64,000 nucleotides of DNA from Sarea resinae (Eukaryota), in NCBI GenBank assembly GCA_026026165.1, contig JAPEUD010000099.1, positions 1-64,000 of the forward strand. The letters are read 5' to 3'. The position numbers and the translations under genes are program-made. The notes under the pieces are model-generated. The model made no database searches and was not told the origin of the DNA. It saw only the letters and a list, made by a program, of their open reading frames with translations. Of this stretch, positions 1 through 11,276 are shown in pieces (position 1 is the first letter of the stretch; the number at the start of each line of letters is the position of its first letter).

Positions 1-677
1 AGTGCCCCCCCCCCCCCCCCCCCCCCCCTCCCCTTACTTTCCTAAAAAGAAAAAAATTTAGGCGAGTAAAAGAAAAGAAAAACATATTTGACCGACAGGG
101 ATCTATTCTACGATATCACTATAGGGTAGAGAACATTCGTGTTATATAATGTCATAGAGAGAGGAAGGACAGGGAATCAAGAGTGTCTAGATGACTGTCC
201 AAAAAAAGACGGCATCTTGCAGTTTAAACAGTCGTCGTATTGCTTATATAAGGTAGCTAGCTAGTTAGCTAGCAGAAGATCGACTGGTCAGCATGTAACC
301 CTAACCCTAATACTTGCGAGTATGGAAATATGGAAATAGGGAGGGTTGGGCCAGGAGGCACCCCGCTCTGGGGTGGGCGCCGAGTGAAGAGCCCGAGAGT
401 TAGAATGAGAGAGAAGAGAGAGCGAGAGAAAGAACGGGGAGGGGCACACCCCACGGCACAGGTAGTAAGGTAACAGCTTATAGCCATAGGATTGCTATGA
501 TTTAATACAATATATAACACGGACACGTCTATGCCATGGGGAAAACCAAGAAACGCTGGTAGACTGCCTCCCTACTCCCTCCCTCGCGTGCGGGAATAGG
601 CTATGTGTATCTATGTGTTAGAAAAGAGGGAGATCTGATACGAACAAAAGGCTTTTGAGAATAGGGAGGTGGGGCGG

Positions 678-2638
678 TCAGGTTTCGTCCATTTCATCCT
701 CGTCGTCATCCTCGTCGTCGTCGTCCTCATCATCATCATTGCTATCCTCATCCTCGTCTTTGTTATCGTTATCGTTATCGCTATCGTCAGAAGACGACGA
801 CGACGACGACCCACTACTCTGGGCCCCATTTCTTTTGCCTACATCCCTCCTCTTCATCACGCGTTTCAGCTTTTCCCTCTCCTTGCGCGCCTCGGCTCTC
901 ATGGCGCGTCGCTCGGTCCCCCACACCTTCAGCTGCTCCATCGCCTTCTTCTGGACCGCGCGCGAGTAGTCGAGCGCCGATCGCAAGGCGGCAATCTCGT
1001 CTTCCTGGCTTTGCGCCGGTGGTTGTGAGGGGAGCGAATCGGCATCGGCCGGACCGTCCGTAAGGGGTCGCGTGGATGACAGCAAATCGTGTTTGGTGTC
1101 CTTGCCGTTGGAAGCGTGGTTCAGAGTCGAGGTATTCGTAGTCGCTACAGGACAAGATGCTAGTTCCAGCAGGCCTTCTTCGAGAAGAGAAGAAGGGATC
1201 GCGGGGTTCGCAAGTGTTTGGGTAAAGACGGAGGAGTCCGGGATATAAGAATTGGCAGCAGATAATTTTGAGGAGGGCAGTGCGCCTGTGAACTGCGCGT
1301 TTAAGGTGTAATTCCCTGGTACTGCGGCTCCTGCACCCCCATCCATCGACACCCCATCCACACCCGGCGCGGAGTACGAAGACTCATACCTAGGCTTGAC
1401 GACCGCGACAGCTTTCACCCGCACTTGCTGATCGGCTGTGTTAGTGGCTGTGATGTTGGAAGAAGGAAAGCCTGTTGGTGGTGGGGAGAGCAAATTCGTG
1501 ATCGGTGATGCGAGGTCCGCGATCTCTGATACATAACGATGTTTGGCGACGTCCCATGAGATCAGCTTTCCGGAGGCGTGACCTGTGAAGAGTGTGGTGG
1601 TGTCGTAGGAGAGGACGAGTGAGAGCGTGGAGCCGATGGTGGTCGAAGGAGGAAGGAAATGCGTATTCGGCGGTGGGAGGAGGGGCGTATTGCTGGATTG
1701 CTGGAGCGTGGATATCGGTTGGAGTGCGGGTTTGTCTAGTGTTGTCGATGACGCGGATGAGATTGAAGACGTGGACTGCGATGCGCTGAAGAAATCAATT
1801 ATCTGGACGCTGCCGTCCTCGTACCCGGCGTAGAAAGCGCGGTCCGCGGGGTCGAGCGTCAGACATAATGGCGTCGAGGGTAGGAGAAACGTTCGCAGTT
1901 GGTCGCCGCTATGGTAGTCCCAGATGATGCACGTGGCATCATTGGAGGCAGAGATGGCGATGTTGGTGCGGCCCTGGCTGTGGCCAATGCTCAGGGCCGT
2001 GATTGGTGCGCGATGGGAGGAGAGGGTGCGGATGGGTGATGTGGCATTGACGCCAGAGGAGGTTTTGGAGAATGAGAGGAGGGAGGGCAAGGACCAGATG
2101 TGGATGTTTGAGTCGGCAGAGCCGGAGAGGAGGTAGTTATTTGACGGTGAGATGGCGAGGTGGGTGGTTGGTTGAAGGTGAGAGGGTGGAGAGGAGACTT
2201 GTCGGCCGGTCTGAAGCTGGAAATTGCACAAATCAATATACATGCTCAGTCTAGCACAACCGCCACATCACTAAAACATACTTCCCACACAATTATCCTT
2301 CCGCCTTCTGTCCCGAGCACTAAGAACCCCGCGCCATCATAACTCCCTGCGAGCGCAAGACTGCGAATGCGCTCGGGAAACGCGATTGTAGACTCCTGGT
2401 TGCCCCTCTCGCGATTGTAGACATGAACGACGGCTTTGTCAGCTTGCGCAGCGAAGATGTGAGTTGCGTTTATGACGGCGCTGTTCGCATTGGTGGAGGA
2501 CTTTTTGAAGGTCTGTTTGAGGGTTGGGGACGGGTGGAGGGAGTGGATTTGGATGGAGGCATCTTTGGTGATGGATGTTCTGGAGGACTTTTGGTTTGGG
2601 GCGGAGAGAGTCGCCGTGACGAGGGATTCGGAGAGCAT
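678..2638 (-). CDS. IPI3: Pre-rRNA-processing protein IPI3 / WDR18 (Rix1 complex WD40 subunit), 2 exons, intron ~2217-2281
   Basis: Exon 1 has HIFAAQADKAVVHVY..RGNQES..FPERIRSLAL..LGTEGGRIIVWE. After a GTATGT...CAG intron come WD repeats (LLSGSADSNIHIWSL, HRAPITAL, ISASNDATCIIWD, LDPADRAFYAGYEDGSVQ), then a coiled-coil and acidic tail. Confidence 0.88.
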
Positions 2639-3929
2639 CTTGGAGCGGGGAGGAGTGGTATGGGCCGATGCGCCCTTGAATTGGGGATTATAACATATCC
2701 AGATCGTTTGCGGTGGGTGAGGTCAAAGGATATGCCCGAGTTGGAATTTATTTTGTGTTTGTCTGGTTTGCACTGATTGGTCGATATGTACGTACCTTAC
2801 TCGGTACTTCGACTTGCAGGAGATACTAAGATACCTATGTAGATGGATTAGATCTGATGGCATGATAAGATAACTCTATCAAACTCGATACTCACTGAAC
2901 AGCGACGCCATTCAACATCATCGCCCGTCAACCTCCATCGAGCTTGACACAATAATTATGAATCAGATCAGGCCCATGCCACCTACACTGCCGTCCCTCA
3001 TTGTGCACTTTTGCTACCGTCATGACATGGCCTCTCTCCATGCGCCGTGCGGTGTGCATCATCCCGCTCTCCCCCCAGGGGAAAAGTCCCTCAGGTAGGA
3101 CAGGACGGGGCGGGGATGCTTCGGATGGCGCCTGCAAGGGACCAGGCCCACAAGTGACCTCACATTATCCACGCAAGGACTTCCCGTAACCCGTATCCCA
3201 TGAAAGGAGTGCCATGTGCGATTGATGGTGCCCACGATCTATGGGCGTCCACCTATCTATCCCTAAGTAAATGGCAGGATGACCGCTTTACTCCTTCCCA
3301 AACCCCCTTACCTCGCCTATCCCAGTGTAGACCATCCCGAACGATGGCCGCCTCCTCTTTCTGCGCAAGTCTCTCCGTTTCTTCTCCATTTGGCCCGCGC
3401 TGGCCCGCCGTTGCAAGGTGCTCTTGTCATGCATCGATGGCCAGTTGCCAGGGATGGACATCGTTTGGATATCGCTTGGGACGGGAGATGTGGCTCGCTT
3501 CGTGCGCGGGGGGAGCCCCCTCGGGCCTGACGGTCGAGACGGTCTCTTCTGTCATGGTTGGAATAAAAGTTTTTCCTTTACGCAAGGATATCTCCATCGT
3601 TGCTAGGGCTTTCTGGTGACCCATTGCCTCGGTGACGAAGACCCGTCTTTCTTACGCCATAGACAGGGCTGCCACGAACGGGAGAGCAGCAAGGACTGAT
3701 CTTCGTGGAGAACGAGAGCTATCGAGACCACGAGAGGGATTGAACAATGGCAAGTTCATAAGATGGCCTCTATCCACAGGGTTCCTGGTATCCGGTTCTT
3801 TCTGGGATTTCTGTAAAGCCGTTGTTTGTGCTGTAGCTACCCACTATCAAGCTGTGTGGAAGACGCACCTGTCAATTGCTGCATGCTGGTATCTGCACCG
3901 CATATTTAATTCAAGGACTCTGTCTCATC

Positions 3930-6229
3930 ATGTTTACACCGCGCGACAACACTCCACCGGAGACTACTACAACTGTTGACCCAGACGCGTCTCCAGCGGA
4001 GCGGTCTTCAACACGAAGATGTTACTCATTACCTTCTTCGTGGCGCCAATCTGAGGGCCGATTCTCCCTTGGCTTAAACATCCCGCCTTCTCTTCGACGA
4101 AGACAACCTACGCGCTCGTCGTCTTTCCTACTTGGCCGTCGCCCTTCGCGGGAATCTCAAAGCTCACGAGAAGGCTCATCCCAGCAGAGCGAACCTTCGC
4201 CACCGCTTTCGCCATTTCGATCAGTTTCTGGAATGAAGAAGCCCTTTCCGCTGATGCTGTCAGAGCCCGGGTCGCCTTCCACTTCGGACTTGAGCGCGCA
4301 TAAGACGCTTCCTGCGCAAAATATTTTCCCGATCTCTCAGAGTGCTACTCTCCCGCCAGCGACAAGCACACAGACATCCCACCAGATGGAGGATTCTAGC
4401 CTTTTAATAGGCACGGAACCGTGTGCCATCAAAGGCTCTGACAGTCAAAACGAGTCTGGTTCGTCAGAGAGCACCATCGCAACCGACGATTTCAATTGCC
4501 CGTGTTCCGCTCCCGGATCACCATGCGAGGAACTCTGCATCCTCTCCGATTACGGTGTCTCAGATGAGGCCACTCCATCGCCCGAAGAAGACGATCAAGT
4601 GTGGTTCGAAAGCCTTTCTCGCTGCTCCACCCTTCAAATTGGCCTCTCGGACCTGCTCAACCCTAATCTTGAGAAGGCCTGCGTCCCTGGAGTCGCAGAA
4701 ACTCTTGAAACCCACGGATGTCACCCCAGAAAACCAGCCTCTCTTGAACCATCTCCCATGGAGAAACCCATGAAATTAAAATCAGCGTTGAATGACGAAG
4801 CCCAGTGGCTTGGTGGTTCCCTGGAAATGACATCCTGGCTTGATGATGTCGAAGGTTCTGACTGTGATGGAGACTACCCCATGAAGCAAAGTGCCTTGTT
4901 TAGCGCCTCATCGAGGGACGAGAGCAGCATAAGTTTAACGCCTCTTATCCAAGACGGCATGGACGAGTCAATTGTAAGCGCTGGTTTCCACACATTCCAT
5001 CCGTCGCATGAAAGCAATATGCTGATCATTCCATCTAGAGCTATGCAACAACGCTCACTCCGCGCAAACCAATTGTCGTCCATGTTCGCCGTTCCTCTGC
5101 TTCTTTGGATGCCTCTAGCATCACTAAGTCTTCGTCTCTGCGCTCGGGGAACTCAGGGCTCCAAACACCGAAAATAAGCACGAAACGTGCGCACAATGAT
5201 GCTACCTGGACGCCTCCGGATACGCCAGAACACGTGGAGAAGTTAAAGCTAGCGGCACAGCAGCAAGAGAACAAATCCGCTTCCTCAGATTCCTCTTATA
5301 CCGCGAATGAAAAGCCGGAGAGAACAGCAAAAAAGGCTGCTGTGGGCGACTTCGCAACGCCTCCTCATTCGCCTGATATTATTCACCTTCCCAGCAGCAG
5401 CAGTAGTGCCAGCACGTTAACACCAAGTGAAATTGAACTCCGGATAGCCAGCCTACTCGAAGATTCTGTCCGAGGCTTCCCAGCCACGATGCTACAGCTC
5501 GACTCACCTGTCATCGAGCTCATTCGCGACAAGCACATCTTATCAACGCCATCGTTGTCAGTATTGGCCGGGAGATCCCGAAGACCCTCAAATACTTCTT
5601 CCTTGCCCCCATCTCTCCCACTTTTCATGAACAACTCGCAACAAGGTTGTCCATCCAGCAAGGAAGACTGCCACCACCTGGCACCCTTGCGGTCTATATT
5701 TCCAGAGACATCTGACTTTCTTCGCAGCGCATTCTACGTCCATTTGTTAGCGTTAAATCATATCTCGGCGCTCCCTTTTACCCCTTCTTCCTCTTCTCCC
5801 ACTTCTTCATCGAGCTCTGCCATTCCCACTACCTCTCCCTTCAGAAGAGAACCGCCAAGTTCATTTCCCAATAGCGTCTCGCCAAAAGCACAACTTCGTC
5901 TCGGTATTTCATCTCTGGGCTCAAACTCCGACCCACAAAACACAAACGATCACGACAATGGGAAATCAACGTTCTCTTCAGCATCGACCACGGAGATGGG
6001 AGCAGGTGCCTTAGGTGGAAGGCTGGCTCAAGATGGAGAAGTGGGCGTGGGAGCTAGATTCTCACGCCTGGAAACAGGGTTGAAAGTTTGTGCGGGAAGA
6101 CTTATGGAGGCGATGTGCGGAAGGGGCGGGAGCAGAAGGAGTGACTCTGGACGTGGAGCAGAAGGAGTGGGTACGGACGATGAGATGCTGATGGTGGCTG
6201 TGAGGGAGGTCGTAAGATTGCTGGGTTGA
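3930..6229 (+). CDS. Hypothetical Ser/Pro-rich protein, 2 exons (intron 4974-5038)
   Basis: ORFs 3876-5177 and 5105-6229 join in frame across GTAAGC...GCTGAT...TAG. The C-terminal part has globular-looking segments (FPATMLQLDSPVIELIR, LRSIFPETSDFLRSAFYVHLLALNHI). Confidence 0.65.
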
Positions 6230-7302
6230 ACGAACTCTGAAAAAGTGGCTCCTGTAAGTGGAACGATGAAGATGAGCGAATGGTGGGAACGGAGAAGCTG
6301 CGTGTTAGTCTGATTGCTTCCGGACGATTTCTATCCTCTTTTTCCTGCCCTTGTTTTGCTCTCTGTTCCTCGCATTGCTCTGTTATTTCCCTCCTTCCTC
6401 CTCGTCATCCTCATCTCTTGTTACTGTTTTTATTTTGCTCTTTGCATCTGGTCTCATGATCCACCACGCACGTCACGCAATTTATGAGCCCATATGAGTC
6501 TTGTTTTACGGTCCTTTACGAGTCGAACAGATGAATGATTCGATGAAAGCCTTGTCAGGCAACGAAGAATGATGTAATGATATTTTCTCACGCATGTACT
6601 TTTTTCTTATTCTCTTCATAGCTCAGAAAAACTCAGGGAATTTTGACTTCAAAAGCAAGAGAATGAAACTCACAATAGTAAAACAAATATCTAAGTCGAA
6701 CTGACCTGGCCTAGATATTCTTCGAGCCTTATCTACTCGTGACAGTTAATCTATTGCCTACCTTACGTACCTACTTGCTAGAGATCCCTGAGAGGTAGCA
6801 CCCGGAATAGCTACAGTCGCTAAGCCCATCCAGAGATAAATCATTGGGAGCTCAGAGCCTGAGAGGTGTTTGCGTTGTGTGCATTGAAGCTCTACGCAAG
6901 AGTCCCCTCTTCGAGTGGCACACAGAGCAGCTCAAGCCTTAGGGTTACTAAGTCATGGAGGGACGGCCTTAAGCCTCCGACCGGCCTCATTCTACTGAGA
7001 CGTTCGACAAGTAACGTCTATACGTCCCATGACTGCCTACCTTACCTCACCTTCCCTTCGCTTGTTTGATATCGAAGATGATCTTCAAGGTCATAAGGCT
7101 CAAAGTTGCCTTATTCGTTGATAGGTAGCGAGAACAGATACCATTTTCGGCCAGAGCTTAGTCTCTCAGAGTGCAGCAATCGTTCAGGAAAGCTCCAGGG
7201 TTCGTTCAGGGATTGGCAGCCCATACTCTAGGTAGGTGAGGTGCTGATGGCCACTTCAGGCGACCTCAGAGGCGCGCACCTCACCTCAGCTTCCAATTGA
7301 AT

Positions 7303-8120
7303 AGTTCTGGACTTCTATCGTCGAACGTCTATGAGATTGCCTTCTTTTGCCTTCTTATTCCGCCAATCAACCGATGCGTGGATGGCATCCAATAGATCGT
7401 CTCATCCGATCTGTGTCCAGTTACATTAACCAACCAGATAGTTTTGGACTTTTATCGTTGAACGTCTAGGGAATTGCCTTGTTTGCCTTCGTTTGCCTTC
7501 TTCTTTCACAGACTTATCAATCCGTGGATGACAGCCAATAGACCATCCCGTCCAATGGGCGTCCAGTTGCATCGACCAACCAGATAGTTTTCGGCATTCA
7601 TCGTCGAACGTCTATGAAATCGCCTTCTTTTGCCTTCTTCTTCCACCGACTAATCGATGCGTGGACAGCATCCAATAGATCCTCTCATCCGACCTGCGTC
7701 CAGTGGCATGGACCAACCAGATAGTTTTGGACTTTTATCGTTGAACGTCTAAGGAATTGCCTTATTGCCTTCTTTGCCTTCTTCTTTCACAGGCTGACCG
7801 ATCCGTGAATGACATCAAATAGACCATCCCATCCGATTGGCATCCAGTTGCATCGGCCAACCAGATAGTTTTGGACATTTATCGTCGAACGTCTACAAGT
7901 TTGCCTTAATTCGCCTTCTTCGTCGACGGTCTACCTGGCCAATCACATCCACTGCAACCTTCCCATGGGCCGGCAGTAGTCGCTGACAAGACCTCGAGGG
8001 CCTGTCCGGAAGCTGCGGGTTGCTTCTCTGCCATGTACGAAGTAGGCGACATCCATGGATCAGAATTGCTGCATGGCTGCTTCCAATCAAGTAATTTTGG
8101 ACTTTTATCGTCGAACGTCT
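7303..8120 (+). repeat. Six direct copies of a 28-bp motif (consensus AGTTTTGGACTTTTATCGTCGAACGTCT) in diverged 137-226 bp units
   Basis: Motif starts at 7303, 7440, 7586, 7723, 7867 and 8093. Each is followed by (T/C)GCCTT..(T/C)GCCTTC, and copies 2-5 are preceded by CCAACCAGAT. Confidence 0.95.
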
Positions 8121-8381
8121 CTGAAAACGATTGCCTTCTTTGCCTTCTTGGTTCACGGACTAGCCAATGACACATACCAACATCTCTGCATCCAGGTGCA
8201 TCGACCACTCATGTTTCAGTCCGTGGGAACAATCAAAGGTTCAGTGTCAAGCCGTGTGCATACCTTCGGTGTCCCACGATAATGCCTGATGAGAACAGAG
8301 GGCCAATGTAAAGGGGCGATTTCATTGGGCGTTGGTGGAGGCTAAGGCATAGGGAGCTGCAGCTTTCCGTTGCATATCCAT

Positions 8382-9285
8382 AGACGTTCGACGATAAATG
8401 TCCAAAACTCCTCTCAGCAGTCGGTGGAAAGCAGAACGTTACTCCAAGGACTGGCACCCGACGATGATCCATGCCAATACGCAGTACAGTGATCAATGCA
8501 AATCGCAAAGAGGAGCGAGGGACCTCTATGGCATCAGACGAGGCTAAGGGAGGCAGGACTGCGGCTTTCCGTTGCATATCCAGAGACGTTCGACGATAAA
8601 TGTCGAAAACTCCTCTTAGCAGTCGGTGGATAGAAGAAGAACGTCACTCTAGAAATGGCATCTGACGAGAAATGCCTGTAAACGGCCAGTACAGGGATCA
8701 ACGCAAAGCACCAAGGGCAGGGAACGGCTCGAGGAGGCTAAGGCAAAGAGGGCTGCAGCTTCCCGTCGCATATCCAGAGACGTTCGACGATATTTGTCCA
8801 AAACACATCTTAGCTGTCGATCGATCGAAGAGGAGAATCAGGCGCTGCCTCTTCGATTGGATGCCCAGATCCCCGACAATCCCTCAGGACACTTCTACTG
8901 GTGGAAGGAAAAGTGATCAAATCGGTCGCCTTTTTTCAGGCGATTGACCAACATGAAGGTAGTACACAGTAGACCGGGATGCTGATAGTGCGCTTGTCGC
9001 CTTCATCCATGGAGGCGTCCGATCATGACTGTCGAAGATGATTGGGGGGAGTCGGAGAAGCGACGATGGCCGTGGTTGGTTCATGCAGCTTGATGCAGAT
9101 GGATTGATCTATGCGATTGGTTAGCACATGAACGGAACAAGGCAAACAGGGCAATTTTGTGTAGACGTTCGACGAAAAAAGTCCAAAACTTCATGATTGG
9201 AACCCGTGCCAGCAGCTTCCAATCAAAGACGTGGGTTGAGAGGTGAGCAGATTATGGAGACGTTCGACGATAAATGTCGAAAACT
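8382..9285 (-). repeat. Five inverted copies of the same 28-bp motif (AGACGTTCGACGATAAATGTC(C/G)AAAACT on the + strand)
   Basis: Starts at 8382, 8584, 8778, 9163 and 9258. The first three lie in ~200-bp units sharing GAGGCTAAGG...GC(A/G)GCTT(T/C)CCGT(T/C)GCATATCCA. Confidence 0.95.
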
Positions 9286-10670
9286 ACGTGAGAGGCTGAA
9301 TCCTGACCGGGGGAAAGAGAGGAATCTCCAGATGATGTGAACGCCTCATGCATATGCTACCGGAAGAGGGTAGGTAGACAACGGAGGCTGGGGGTGGGGA
9401 GCGGAGGGTGTGCAGGTGATTCAGGTCGAATGGAAATGTGATGTGATCAAAGCTGTTGCCTTTTTCTGGATTCCATTCGTGCATGTCCGTTGATAGCATG
9501 TGTCAAGATACTGGAAGGTTAGGGCCATGGTGGAATGTTGGGACCCAAGGACATTCGTACTGAGAGTCCCGTGTCCTATTGTTACTCAAACGAGTCTCTT
9601 AACAGCACTCAGACTGTAGTAAGATACGGAGTGCCTACTAGGTATCTTATTTGGCTGCTCGACGAAATGGTTTGAACCTTTGCTAATAAGATGGCTTCCA
9701 CCAAGATCTTCGGACCACGATAATTTGATGCCACGAAATCTGTTAGCTACAATATCTGGAAATCGGGTTCGGAGGAAGGAGCTGAGTCTGTACGAGTGAG
9801 GAATGATAATTGCGATCCATGGCTCAATTTGACATACCACCGGCGAAATTTGCGCGCAACCTAAAGATCCCTGACGCGAAAGTGCGCTCCACGATCTCTC
9901 GAGCCAGATTACACACCGATAGGAGCTCGCAACCCTAGAGGGGACAGCCTCTTATCTCTTCAGACCAGGACCCTTGGAGAATTTATACACAGTACAGCAG
10001 CATCCTTATATTACCTAGGTACTGGAAATTACAGGAGGAATTAAATCTCTCTAAGTATAACTGGTTCCTACTTCAGGAAGGAGTCTATACAGTGTGCCCT
10101 GACATAGAAGAAGTTAGTGGGTTAAAGGAGAAGGTAGCAGACACCCTATTTACCGCATTAAATTCCTCCTAGGATCTAGTTTTCATCGAGTCATCATGAT
10201 AAGTTGAATGAGAGTATGCTAAGGTAGATTATTAGTGTGATCTAGGCAGATAGACAGTACACTAAGTCTTAGCCACTTTTTGAAAATTTTCGAAGAAGCC
10301 GAGCAAAAGAGATAGATGTCATGTACAACATATTTGAATTTCAATTTATTTTCTATTTTATTTGTTGAGTTATGCGGTGATAAAGTCTATACCTCAGGTT
10401 ATAGTGGTCGCGAGGCTCCGATCGTGCCAACTTTTGACCTAGTACGATAGGTACCTGAATAGCTTGGGTAGGCCCTACCTTAGCTGACGACCTTTCTCTC
10501 CTACATCATAGAATAACCTTCTTTCACTTCTCTCACCTAGATCACCCAGATTACAAATTGATCTTAGCCGGCCCAAAGTTTACCTCAGACTTCTCTCACC
10601 TCTCTCCTTCGGGATCGCAAGACATACTAAGCCGGTAAGAAAAGTTAGCCTCAGAAAACCCCAAAGAAAG

Positions 10671-11276
10671 ACGGTAACCGCACACGCCTACCCGCCCCTC
10701 CGCTCCAATCTGAACCTCACAACGCCCATCACCGCCGCCACAGCCCTCGAGCACATCTCCACCTACCTACTCTCCATGACGCGTGGACCACAAACCCAGC
10801 CCTACATCCCGACGCGCTGCTTACGGAGCGCGCCGCGCAGCGTTCCTCCAGCTGCGACGGATCGAAGCCGGGCTTCGGGGCAAGGTTCTAGGTGCCGATG
10901 TCGAGGGTCTTGGGGAGAGTGTGGATGTAGACGCCGATGATGAGGGCGTCATAGGCGAGTTCGGAGAGGGTGTTGCTAAGAAGGGGAAGGGGCCGAAGAA
11001 TGACCGCGCTGGAGAAGACGGCGATTGGCAAAACCTAACGACGTACCACCAATCCGGAGACGGGATCGAGATTGGCGAAATTGGAGCACCGAATACCATT
11101 CTGGGCGATGGGGTGAGGTGTCCGCTCTTGCCGTCAATGATAGGTATGAGGAGATGAGAGATGCAGATGAGGTGGTGGACAAGGAAGCTCGGAAGAAGGC
11201 TAAGAAGGAGAAGGCGAGGCAGCAGAGACGATCGCGGGAAGAGCGATTACGACTAGAGAAGGAGGCGGAGATTTGA
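10671..11276 (+). pseudogene. RPA14: Frameshifted copy of a fungal RNA polymerase I subunit RPA14-like gene
   Basis: Collinear blocks fall in different frames: (T)VTAHAYPP..ATALEHISTYL / TTNPALHPDALLTER / FLQLRRIEAGLRGKVLG..DWQNLTTY..IGEIG / VDKEARKKAKKEK. These match recalled Pezizomycotina RPA14 motifs. The putative start is ACG, not ATG, and there are about 3 frameshifts. Confidence 0.6.

Noticed and set aside
5..28. Poly-C tract as a G-quadruplex or regulatory element
   Set aside because: A simple homopolymer at the window edge with no supporting context.
296..310. Telomeric repeat (TAACCC)n
   Set aside because: Only about 2.5 units, internal, with no other subtelomeric features.
611..1028. 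Poly-Ser, poly-Ile/Val and poly-Arg ORFs
   Set aside because: Alternative-frame and antisense readings of the acidic IPI3 tail.
7893..8947. Short ORFs within the repeat array as a repeat protein
   Set aside because: Unit lengths such as 137, 146, 202 and 194 bp do not preserve frame, and the ORFs are short and stop-interrupted.
7303..9285. CRISPR array
   Set aside because: Eukaryotic context and no cas genes. The spacers are long, uneven and homologous to each other, and the repeats occur in both orientations.
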